Shown here: positions 10,424 to 18,164 of the stretch, in pieces | Position numbering within the stretch: position 1 is the first letter of the stretch | Layout of the letters: each line of letters starts with the position of its first letter | Virus record (IMG/VR): IMGVR_UViG_3300022542_000213 | Coordinates: 1-51,323 of that record | Source of the DNA: a virus | Lineage: Duplodnaviria; Caudoviricetes | DNA length: 51,323 bases | Strand: one strand, 5' to 3' | Notes under the pieces: generated by a model | Told to the model about the DNA's origin: nothing | The model's database searches: none | The model's input: the letters and a program-made list of their open reading frames with translations, nothing else | Program-made: the position numbers and the translations under genes

Positions 10424-11185
10424 TTATCCTTTATATACTTTACCGTTCATATCGGTAAACTTATGTTTAAATATTAATGGTACATAATAAGTAAAGTGTC
10501 CAGTCTTTTCAAAAGAGAATACTCCAAAAGCATGTTGCCATTTAGAAGGTCTCTTTTGCATATAACTTTGCTCATACTTACATAGACAACCTAATGATTG
10601 TCCTACTGTTGTATTATCAGAACCAAAAGTAACTCTTGAATACTGTTGTACATCATGTGTATGTCCATAGAATACACTACCATCATATGCTTCCGCCATT
10701 TTATTAGCATGATACTTAGTAATATATTGTCCGTGATGGAACATAGCCTTACCTAATTTAAAGACATCACCTTTAGTATAGCTTCTTACTATCTTAAATC
10801 CTCTTTCTTTTAGGTTCAATCCTATCTCAAACTCTACCATACCCTCTAACTGAGGATTAGCATCTATATATCTTTCAATTCTATACTCATGGTTTCCTTC
10901 AATATAGATAAACTTAGCTTTAGGATTCTTTTTTTTAATGATTTTCTGATGTCGATCTAGAATAGAATTACCTATTCTGTAATCTTCCCATATTCTTTTA
11001 CCTTCTACTTGTCGGAGGTTGTTTTTGTTATGGCTAGATATACAGTCTAAGTCCATAAAATCTCCAAGTAGAATGTAATAGTCCCACGTATTATCTGTCA
11101 TGTACTTCTCTACTGCCTTCAATGTCTTATCATCTTGATAAGGTACATGTAGATCTGGTAAGACTATTGCTCTACCTTTTTTCAT
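10424..11185 (-). CDS. Calcineurin-like metallophosphoesterase
   Basis: Motifs DLH, GDFMD, GNHE, HHG, GHTH. Confidence 0.9.
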   Translation of the reverse strand: MKKGRAIVLPDLHVPYQDDKTLKAVEKYMTDNTWDYYILLGDFMDLDCISSHNKNNLRQVEGKRIWEDYRIGNSILDRHQKIIKKKNPKAKFIYIEGNHEYRIERYIDANPQLEGMVEFEIGLNLKERGFKIVRSYTKGDVFKLGKAMFHHGQYITKYHANKMAEAYDGSVFYGHTHDVQQYSRVTFGSDNTTVGQSLGCLCKYEQSYMQKRPSKWQHAFGVFSFEKTGHFTYYVPLIFKHKFTDMNGKVYKG

Positions 11186-11187
11186 AT

Positions 11188-13038
11188 TTATTCTTTTACC
11201 TCTGTGTTTTCAGGTACTCTGACTAGGGCTACCTGTGGTACAATACCAAATTGACTTGAATTCAAGTATGGTTGTAACGCTAAACCTTCTTCTTTCAATA
11301 GTGCATCAATTTTCTCTGATACTTCTTTAACACCTTCATCTACTTTTTGTGGTGCTTCTGCTGTTAGTTCTCCTTCTGGCTTAACAATCTCTTCTGTAGT
11401 AGTTTCTACTACCTCTGCTGTATCTACAGCTACTTCAGTTTCTGTTACTGATCCTACTGTTTTTTTATTATTTGTCATCTTTTCTATTTTATTCATTACG
11501 TAATAATTTGTACTAATAAGTACATTAGCTACTGAAATAGAGTTTTTAATTGCCATCTCAATAACCTTAGTTGGTTCTACAACACCTGCTTTTAACAAAT
11601 CTTCGTACGTATCTGTTAAGGCGTTGTAACCAAAGTTCTCTTCATCTGTTTCTAGAACTTTATCTACCATATATCCTCCATTTTTCTCACAATTCTCTGC
11701 AATCTGTCTAATAACTGCTTCTGAATAACTCCTGAACATGTCATATAGTCTATCATCATCAGCCATCTCATCTCTATATGCTTTCAGTAAGGTAGTTCCA
11801 CCACCTACTACATAACCATCTTTAAGTGATGCCCTAACTGCATTAATTGCATCTTCATAACGATAAATCTTTTCATTAATCTCTAGTGGTGTTGAACCAC
11901 CTACCTTTAGAGTTACAATACCATTAGTTAGTGATGAGATTCTCTGTTTCAGAGTATTATCTTCTGGGTCTTTCTTCAATAACTTCTTTAGTTCTTTAAT
12001 TCTGTCATCTAATTCCTTATTATCTTTCAATACAGGTGTGATAAGTGTCTTATGTGCATCTGAAAATACTCTCTCTGCCATTACAAAGTCCTTTTCAGTT
12101 AGCTTATTAACAATACTACCACTTCTTTCTGATATTACTTTACCTCCTAGATAAACTGCCAAGTCTTTTAATGTAGTATCATCATTCTCTGATACATATG
12201 AGTCCTTTACAAGACATACTTTAATTCCTCCTTCATTGTGGTTAGCTACAAATGTACTAATTGCTTTATCCATAAAGTCTGTTGCAACAATCACTACAGC
12301 ATTATGCCCCATTTCCTTAACAGCTTTAAGTATTGACACTGCTTCTTCTTTATAGTATAGTCTCTTGTCTGTGATTAACACAGGTACATTACTATAAGTT
12401 ACAGAAGGTTTGGAGCTATCCAATAACAATTCCTTATAAATGATACCTCCATTAACTTTAAAGCCATGATCTTCTTCAATCTCTGTCTTATCATTAGCTC
12501 TATTCTCGTGAATAAATACCATACCATCCTCCCCTACTACCTTAATGGTCTTTACAATATCCTTAGCTATCTCTTCATCATTATTAGCAGAGATTTTAGC
12601 AATGTTAAACAAGTCATCATCACCATCAATCTTTGTAGACATCTCTTTAATCGCTGTAATATAATTCTCCCCAAAAGATTCTAACTTCTTAGTTAATTCT
12701 TTAGGATTATAACCATTGTCTAACATCTTTAATCCTTCTTTAGCTAAGAACCTTGACAATAACATAGTAGTTGTTGTACCATCCCCAGCTTCTGTATTAG
12801 TCTTGAATGATGCTGATTTAAGAACTTGTATAATACTATTCTCTAATCTATCTTCTACTTCAATACTCTTTGCAATAGTATATCCATCTTTAGTACTTGA
12901 CAAACTACCACTTTCGTTTTCTATTAGTACTGTGTTCCCTTTAGGTGATAGTGTTTGTACCACAGGATCAGCTACCATATCACAAGCATTGAATATCCTT
13001 GTTACTATATCTTCTCGTTTAAATATCTCTTTATTCAT
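11188..13038 (-). CDS. groEL: Chaperonin GroEL with ~96-aa C-terminal extension
   Basis: TLSPKG, TKDGYTIAK, AGDGTTT, VVGGG, GYNA, AGVVEPTKV motifs. Confidence 0.92.
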   Translation of the reverse strand: MNKEIFKREDIVTRIFNACDMVADPVVQTLSPKGNTVLIENESGSLSSTKDGYTIAKSIEVEDRLENSIIQVLKSASFKTNTEAGDGTTTTMLLSRFLAKEGLKMLDNGYNPKELTKKLESFGENYITAIKEMSTKIDGDDDLFNIAKISANNDEEIAKDIVKTIKVVGEDGMVFIHENRANDKTEIEEDHGFKVNGGIIYKELLLDSSKPSVTYSNVPVLITDKRLYYKEEAVSILKAVKEMGHNAVVIVATDFMDKAISTFVANHNEGGIKVCLVKDSYVSENDDTTLKDLAVYLGGKVISERSGSIVNKLTEKDFVMAERVFSDAHKTLITPVLKDNKELDDRIKELKKLLKKDPEDNTLKQRISSLTNGIVTLKVGGSTPLEINEKIYRYEDAINAVRASLKDGYVVGGGTTLLKAYRDEMADDDRLYDMFRSYSEAVIRQIAENCEKNGGYMVDKVLETDEENFGYNALTDTYEDLLKAGVVEPTKVIEMAIKNSISVANVLISTNYYVMNKIEKMTNNKKTVGSVTETEVAVDTAEVVETTTEEIVKPEGELTAEAPQKVDEGVKEVSEKIDALLKEEGLALQPYLNSSQFGIVPQVALVRVPENTEVKE

Positions 13039-13595
13039 TACGTCAGTTTACTTACAATAAATGCTAATAATTGTTTAACAAGTTCTCTTGATTCGTCCAA
13101 ACTTCTTTTTAGTCTAGTTATTTCAAGACCTTTCTCTCTATCAGAATCATCATAATCAAATGTAACTCCTCCTAAGATTACTTTCTTAAGATAAGTTTTT
13201 GTGAATAAATTACCAGCACAACTTCTATTAGTATCCAAATCTTTATGAAGTTTAACTTCAATATTTGGATAATCCTCTTTCATTTGATTAATAAATTCAT
13301 ATAATTCATATGCTTGAGTAATAGTCGGTAACTCTATATTAAAGTCTCCAGCCAAACATACATGAATTGTGTCAAAGTTATGTCCTTTTATAGCTACTGT
13401 TTCTTCCCCTACATTCCTAGTCTGTGTAGTAGCTCCGTTAGTACCAATGAAATAATTATATCCTGTGTACCAACCTAATTCTGATTTCATTCCCCATTTC
13501 TCTTTGTGGTATCTATTTACAGCATAGAATTGAGCATTCTGTAATTCTCTACTTACTGCTGTGTGATGTATTGCTAAGTATTTAATCTTTGTCAT
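13038..13595 (-). CDS. N-acetylmuramoyl-L-alanine amidase (Amidase_2 type) endolysin
   Basis: IHHTA, GYNYFI, VCLAGDF, LHKD...SCAG motifs; coiled-coil tail. Confidence 0.85.
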   Translation of the reverse strand: MTKIKYLAIHHTAVSRELQNAQFYAVNRYHKEKWGMKSELGWYTGYNYFIGTNGATTQTRNVGEETVAIKGHNFDTIHVCLAGDFNIELPTITQAYELYEFINQMKEDYPNIEVKLHKDLDTNRSCAGNLFTKTYLKKVILGGVTFDYDDSDREKGLEITRLKRSLDESRELVKQLLAFIVSKLT

Positions 13596-14004
13596 TTAAT
13601 TCTTCTATTCTAATCTTATAAATTTCTATTAATTCTTGATATTCTTCTATAGAATACTTCCTATACCCTTGATCTTTAAGTCTTATTATTTCGTCAAATG
13701 TTTCTTGCCCATATTTCTCTATAAACTTAGTAGCATATATTGCTCCATTACCACCTAAGTTAATGTTACAATAATAACATTGTGCATGTACATTTTCCTC
13801 ATGGAAGTATAATGAAAGTCCTCCACATGCTCTAGGTATCATATGTCCAGCATGTAAACCTTTACCCTCTCCTTTCTTTCCACAAGTGAAACATGTAAAG
13901 TCATCTCTAGTTCTTATGTATAGAGAAAATGTTGTCCAGAATTTCTTCTTCCACCAACCCATAGTATGTTTCTTTGCTTCTTTCCTTAATTTAGTCCTTT
14001 TCAT
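13582..14004 (-). CDS. ninG: NinG/Rap-like HNH recombination endonuclease
   Basis: IRTRD..TCFTCG...AGHMIPR...FHEENVHAQCYYCN..LGGN. Confidence 0.85.
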   Translation of the reverse strand: MKRTKLRKEAKKHTMGWWKKKFWTTFSLYIRTRDDFTCFTCGKKGEGKGLHAGHMIPRACGGLSLYFHEENVHAQCYYCNINLGGNGAIYATKFIEKYGQETFDEIIRLKDQGYRKYSIEEYQELIEIYKIRIEELNDKD

Positions 14005-14131
14005 TATCTAATATACGTCTAACAAACTCAGACATCTTAATGCCTAAGCTATTTGCTCCCTTTAATAAGCTATCTTTAGTAGTTTTAGTTACTCTTACTA
14101 TTATTGTTTCTGTCTTTCTTTCTTTACTCAT
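13991..14131 (-). CDS. Ribbon-helix-helix DNA-binding protein (46 aa, not in ORF track)
   Basis: MSKERKTETIIVRVTKTTKDSLLKGANSLGIKMSEFVRRILDNEKD: strand-helix-G..MSEFVR RHH pattern. Confidence 0.75.
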   Translation of the reverse strand: MSKERKTETIIVRVTKTTKDSLLKGANSLGIKMSEFVRRILDNEKD

Positions 14132-14207
14132 CTTGTTTAGGGTATTTTACGTGGTCTGGGTCTACAGTACCAGCTTCTTCGTATAAATCTTCTATATTAT
14201 ATTTCAT
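14124..14207 (-). CDS. 27-aa acidic microprotein
   Basis: MKYNIEDLYEEAGTVDPDHVKYPKQDE*, overlapping the start of the RHH gene. Confidence 0.4.
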   Translation of the reverse strand: MKYNIEDLYEEAGTVDPDHVKYPKQDE

Positions 14208-14216
14208 AATTTTATT

Positions 14217-14377
14217 TTAATAGGCTAACGGGGAATATATCTATTTAGCTACGGCTTTGGGCGATTCCGTTATTTTCAGTAACAAGAGCCAATCAATAGA
14301 TATTTAGTTATAGTTGTACGTTGCCCTTCTGTGTAAATCTAAAATTTACTTATAATTATCCCCCGCTAACCTATTAA
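14217..14377 (-). ncRNA. Candidate structured RNA (~160 nt)
   Basis: 20-bp closing stem pairs fully only on the minus strand (3 G-U pairs); two internal arms; possible GGGC/GCCC pseudoknot. Confidence 0.65.
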
Positions 14378-14388
14378 GGTTAGCTTCT

Positions 14389-14805
14389 CTACCTATTACT
14401 CCAACATGGTCGAGACCATATCCACGGAGCTGAACCTTCTACACTTAGTAACCACATTCCAGCTTCTATATTATCTTCTGTATCGTAAATGTCAAGTCCT
14501 CTTTCTGCCATGTAAGTCTGCCAGTAATGAGTATTGAATTGGAATAAACCAACATCAACCCCAACGACAGCCTTATAATTTCTTGCATCTTCGAGAAACC
14601 TTGATTCACAATAGATAATATTTCTAGCTAGAACTTCATCTACATTATACTTGATAGCATAATTAGATATAAGTTCATCGGTAGTAAAAGTTTCTTCAAT
14701 AGGTACTGGTGCTTCTGCATATGCAGGAACTCCAGCTATATGTAGGAAGGCAATAAGTATCATAATGATAGTTATCGCCATCCGTCTGGGTAATTCTTCA
14801 CCCAT
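14389..14805 (-). CDS. Lytic transglycosylase (SLT-like) with N-terminal signal/TM
   Basis: IIYCESRF catalytic Glu, GLFQF, DNIEAGMWLL..EG..PW; hydrophobic N-terminus. Confidence 0.85.
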   Translation of the reverse strand: MGEELPRRMAITIIMILIAFLHIAGVPAYAEAPVPIEETFTTDELISNYAIKYNVDEVLARNIIYCESRFLEDARNYKAVVGVDVGLFQFNTHYWQTYMAERGLDIYDTEDNIEAGMWLLSVEGSAPWIWSRPCWSNR

Positions 14806-14811
14806 AATGAT

Positions 14812-14839
14812 ATTATAACATATCTGTTAGGTTTGTCTA
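14812..14839 (-). promoter_or_regulatory. Sigma70-type promoter, leaderless start
   Basis: TAGACA-16 nt-(TG.)TATAAT-6 nt-ATG. Confidence 0.65.
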
Positions 14840-14840
14840 T

Positions 14841-15080
14841 CTATTTTATCTTGACACCTAACTTATTTAATGCTTTAGTTAGCTTACTCTTTCTATCTTT
14901 AGCCATCTCATTAGTTAATTCTGTTACAAACTTTCGTAGTTTCTTTGATTCTAAATTCTTAACTAATTCTCTCGGTTTGATTCCTAATGTTAATGCTATA
15001 GCAACAATCAATTTGTATACATTCTTATTGCTTTTAGCTTTTTTATTAGGTACTATTCTTTTTCCTGATCGTTTTATCAT
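14841..15080 (-). CDS. Basic hypothetical protein
   Basis: 79-aa Lys-rich ORF in operon. Confidence 0.6.
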   Translation of the reverse strand: MIKRSGKRIVPNKKAKSNKNVYKLIVAIALTLGIKPRELVKNLESKKLRKFVTELTNEMAKDRKSKLTKALNKLGVKIK

Positions 15081-15082
15081 AA

Positions 15083-15922
15083 TTATTTATTCCACGTAGT
15101 ATATCCAGATGTCTGTTCTAATATATATGACAGTTCATCGTTAGTATACCCTAGTGTTTCTCCTTGTTTTTCAATAATTCTATTCTTATATGGCGAATAA
15201 AGCACCTGCCAATCACCAATAACTTTATGTCCATTCCTTGCTTTACTTATCTCATTCTTAGAGATAGTCTTCCAGTCAATTTCTTTTACATCATACTTAT
15301 ATATAATGTCTGGTTCTGGTTCTATATCCTTAACAATATTTTCATTATATAACTTAGCCAACTTATTATAATGTTTGTCAAGGTCTACTGTTACTGTACC
15401 ACATTGATATAGTCTGTCTTTAATATGCTTACATTCAAGCCAGAATCTATGTAGTCCATCTATACTAGCTACAAATAGATAACCTTTATCTACTCCAAGT
15501 GCATCCATATATGTAGATAATTGACCTACATAACTCTCTCTAGGTGTATTTTCTTCATAGGATCTAATATCAAAGGCATTCTTATTGTTGATAGACTTTA
15601 TCTCAATAGGTAAACCTTCTTTAGTCACAGCATCCATATGATAAGTAATCTTAACACCTTCTCTCTCCATTAAACCACCACCATGTACATTTTGATCGTA
15701 ATCTTCTTGTACAACACCACTATCCTTTAGGACTTGTAGCATTTTATCCTCTACTCCTAAACCTGCCCCCCATTTCAATGTATCATACCATTGTACAGGG
15801 TTGGTAGGTTCTATTTCTTTGAAAGAACAATATATATCATATATTGATTTTCCATAATCAGAAGCATGGAATACTCCATCTCTCCAATTATCATCTAGTT
15901 TTATAGTTAATTTATCTAACAT
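15083..15922 (-). CDS. PD-(D/E)XK exonuclease (Cas4/RecB-like)
   Basis: FHASDYG, HMDA, IEIKS, GQLSTYM motifs; ATG at 15922 (MLDKL) preferred. Confidence 0.8.
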   Translation of the reverse strand: MLDKLTIKLDDNWRDGVFHASDYGKSIYDIYCSFKEIEPTNPVQWYDTLKWGAGLGVEDKMLQVLKDSGVVQEDYDQNVHGGGLMEREGVKITYHMDAVTKEGLPIEIKSINNKNAFDIRSYEENTPRESYVGQLSTYMDALGVDKGYLFVASIDGLHRFWLECKHIKDRLYQCGTVTVDLDKHYNKLAKLYNENIVKDIEPEPDIIYKYDVKEIDWKTISKNEISKARNGHKVIGDWQVLYSPYKNRIIEKQGETLGYTNDELSYILEQTSGYTTWNK

Positions 15923-15923
15923 T

Positions 15924-16007
15924 TTATTCGTGCTGATCACATTCTTGATCACAATGACATGGTTCTAATAAACTACAGCCACATTCTAAGCATTCATCAT
16001 CCATCAT
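15924..16007 (-). CDS. 27-aa Cys-rich acidic microprotein
   Basis: MMDDECLECGCSLLEPCHCDQECDQHE* exactly fills the gap between flanking genes. Confidence 0.5.
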   Translation of the reverse strand: MMDDECLECGCSLLEPCHCDQECDQHE

Positions 16008-16008
16008 A

Positions 16009-16566
16009 TTATTCTAGTTTAAATGTTTCTTTAATAAGTTCACTCGGTATATCATGTACTTTACTAAGACTACCTGTTTGTATAGACTTCTTCATAATAA
16101 GATATTCATAGGTCTGTTCTTCTTCTGGGTTCTTACTTTCGTATATCTTTTCTCTAAAGTCTTTCTGAGATAACATGGTTGCATCAGCCAACAAATCTGC
16201 TACTTCGTCAACATCATCTGTACCTTTAACAAGAGGTAATAAGTAGTGTAGATTCTTAACTGGTACTTCTGATACAGTCTCTATAGAGAAACCTAATCTT
16301 AATACAAAGTTTTCGTAAATCTGAATTAATCTATTAGCTTCCCCTTTGGACAATCCAATTTCTGGTTGTTGTAAATACTCATTCCAAGTATCTATACCTT
16401 CACCCACTACGTTCTTGAAACTCTCATCTTGATCCAAGTGATAAAGCATACGCCCCATTAATACGAAGTTCTGCTTTGCATTTACCACAAGTTCTAATAA
16501 GAATTTATGGTAATCATAAGGTGTATATTCAACTGTTATACTATTCTCCTCCATCAGTCTCTTCAA
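16009..16566 (-). CDS. Hypothetical DNA-binding protein (DUF3102-like N-terminal helical/HTH region)
   Basis: NFVLMGRML...TWNEYLQQPEIGLSKGEANRLIQIYE pattern; start may be the later Met (MEENS). Confidence 0.55.
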   Translation of the reverse strand: MKRLMEENSITVEYTPYDYHKFLLELVVNAKQNFVLMGRMLYHLDQDESFKNVVGEGIDTWNEYLQQPEIGLSKGEANRLIQIYENFVLRLGFSIETVSEVPVKNLHYLLPLVKGTDDVDEVADLLADATMLSQKDFREKIYESKNPEEEQTYEYLIMKKSIQTGSLSKVHDIPSELIKETFKLE

Positions 16567-16882
16567 CTTTATTCTCTAGTTGTTTCTTTAGTTCTTCAAT
16601 CTCTGCATCCTTTTCAGCACTTTCAATATCTTCTGGTTTAGGAATTCTAAACTTTAATTGCTCTTGACCTTGCCACTCTTCTGTACTTGTGTCAATAGTA
16701 ATCTCATCTCCAGCTTGAAATGTAGGTTCTTTACTCATAAACCCATTCAACCATTTCTCTCCATGTTGTTCTGTTTGGATTCCTACTCGGTAAAACTTAC
16801 CGTACTTACCAATAAGTTCTGAACCATCTTTCTTTTTGTCTGTTGAGGAAACCCTCAAAATTTTTACTTTCTCAATACTCAT
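16541..16882 (-). CDS. Putative single-stranded DNA-binding (OB-fold-like) protein
   Basis: Short beta-rich domain with aromatic residues and acidic tail, next to exonuclease. Confidence 0.45.
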   Translation of the reverse strand: MSIEKVKILRVSSTDKKKDGSELIGKYGKFYRVGIQTEQHGEKWLNGFMSKEPTFQAGDEITIDTSTEEWQGQEQLKFRIPKPEDIESAEKDAEIEELKKQLENKVEETDGGE

Positions 16883-16896
16883 ATATTTTTAATTTA

Positions 16897-17247
16897 TTAT
16901 CTTCCAACTGTTATCCCAAATTCCATTCCATAGGTGTTTGTTTTTACTGATTTAATTCCTTTCATCAATGTATTTAATTGTTTAATACAATCAACACAAA
17001 TATAATGACTTATAATTCTATTATCATACATTTGGTTACCTCTTTCATCTACTACTTTAGTAGAATTTTTATAATCATAATTCCATTTAGTAAAATTATG
17101 TTTATATCTAGGTATACTAACTGTTTCCGTAAAAGAACTTTTTGCACAATTCTTTTTATTTTCTCTACACATAGAACATTGTGCGTGGACTAATGCAACA
17201 CCAGTGTTCTCTGCTGATTTACTTTTGTCAATAAATAATTTCTTCAT
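16897..17247 (-). CDS. Hypothetical Zn-binding protein
   Basis: CSMC...CVDC; ATG at 17247 because the track TTG start is the -35 of a promoter. Confidence 0.6.
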   Translation of the reverse strand: MKKLFIDKSKSAENTGVALVHAQCSMCRENKKNCAKSSFTETVSIPRYKHNFTKWNYDYKNSTKVVDERGNQMYDNRIISHYICVDCIKQLNTLMKGIKSVKTNTYGMEFGITVGR

Positions 17248-17281
17248 AAATTTTATTTTGTTAATTTTGCTTTGTAATACA

Positions 17282-17310
17282 AGTCTATCATATTGCTTAT
17301 TAAATGTCAA
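17282..17310 (-). promoter_or_regulatory. Sigma70-type promoter
   Basis: TTGACA-17 nt-(TG.)TAGACT. Confidence 0.7.
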
Positions 17311-17335
17311 GGACTTTTATAGTTGTAGTACAATA

Positions 17336-17893
17336 TTATTTACTTGTCAACTCTATATCACTTTCTACTTCATTACCCCATACATCCCAGCCTTCTATCT
17401 TCTCTCTTGCAAATAATTCAATTCTAGGTAAATCACCTAATAACTTAATAATTCGTTCTCTCACTTCGTTTGGTTTTTGTGAGTGTCCTTGTATTTTAGT
17501 ATCAACGACTGAATGTACACCCGCATTAATTCTTTTAGGCTTTCCTTTAGTTGCCATTAAACATAATTCAGCATTAGCTCTTGTCCAGCGACCCATTCCC
17601 CAAAACCAACTAGGTGTTACCTTATTTTTCTTTACCCAAGTAAAAGCTACTGTTTTATAATCAAATCCCCATTTATCAATTAAATCCCAACATTCATTTA
17701 ATTTTGGCATTGTAACCCATAAAAATAATACACAATTTTTATCTGCAATATCTTTAACATTTAAGTTATCAATCCATTCTTTTGATTGTGTTTCATATTT
17801 ACATCCAGCACCTCTATTTCCTGCAAGTGCTTTATCTCTGTAAGACCAAGGTGGATCTGCATATATTATTTGGTATTTTTTTTCTTTATTCAT
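17336..17893 (-). CDS. MT-A70 family adenine methyltransferase
   Basis: YQIIYADPPW, LFLWVT, WGFDYKT.AFTWVK, HSQKP, RIELFAR, GWDVWGNE. Confidence 0.92.
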   Translation of the reverse strand: MNKEKKYQIIYADPPWSYRDKALAGNRGAGCKYETQSKEWIDNLNVKDIADKNCVLFLWVTMPKLNECWDLIDKWGFDYKTVAFTWVKKNKVTPSWFWGMGRWTRANAELCLMATKGKPKRINAGVHSVVDTKIQGHSQKPNEVRERIIKLLGDLPRIELFAREKIEGWDVWGNEVESDIELTSK

Positions 17894-17894
17894 A

Positions 17895-18146
17895 TTATTT
17901 TAAATTATCTAGTTCTTTAATAGCTTCACTAAATGTACACCCACTCTCTAATATAAAGTCAATACTGTTAAATCCATGCCGTGTGCATCCATAACAGTGG
18001 TATGACCCATCAGGGTATAGTACCATAGAAGGATCTGTGTCCCCATGAAAGGGACAGATAACCGACTGTCTTCTACCTGTATGTCGTATACCTAAGATTG
18101 TAGTGATAGGTATATTTCTTATTCGTTCTAAATCTAAATCATTCAT
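17895..18146 (-). CDS. Stand-alone CHC2 zinc finger (primase Zn-binding domain)
   Basis: CPFHGDTDPS...YHCYGC...G..IDF. Confidence 0.88.
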   Translation of the reverse strand: MNDLDLERIRNIPITTILGIRHTGRRQSVICPFHGDTDPSMVLYPDGSYHCYGCTRHGFNSIDFILESGCTFSEAIKELDNLK

Positions 18147-18164
18147 ATTGCCTGTCTGCGTTCG

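Noticed and set aside
15083-15922. Cas4-like nuclease as part of a CRISPR or other RNA-guided array system
   Set aside because: No repeat-spacer array, Fe-S Cys cluster, other cas genes or Nop-domain protein recognised; context is recombination
16541-16560. Pup-like GGE C-terminus on the SSB-like protein, in a genome with a COOH-NH2 ligase
   Set aside because: The residues arise from overlap with the next gene's start (ATGGAGGAGAAT); no PafA/Dop motifs or proteasome genes seen
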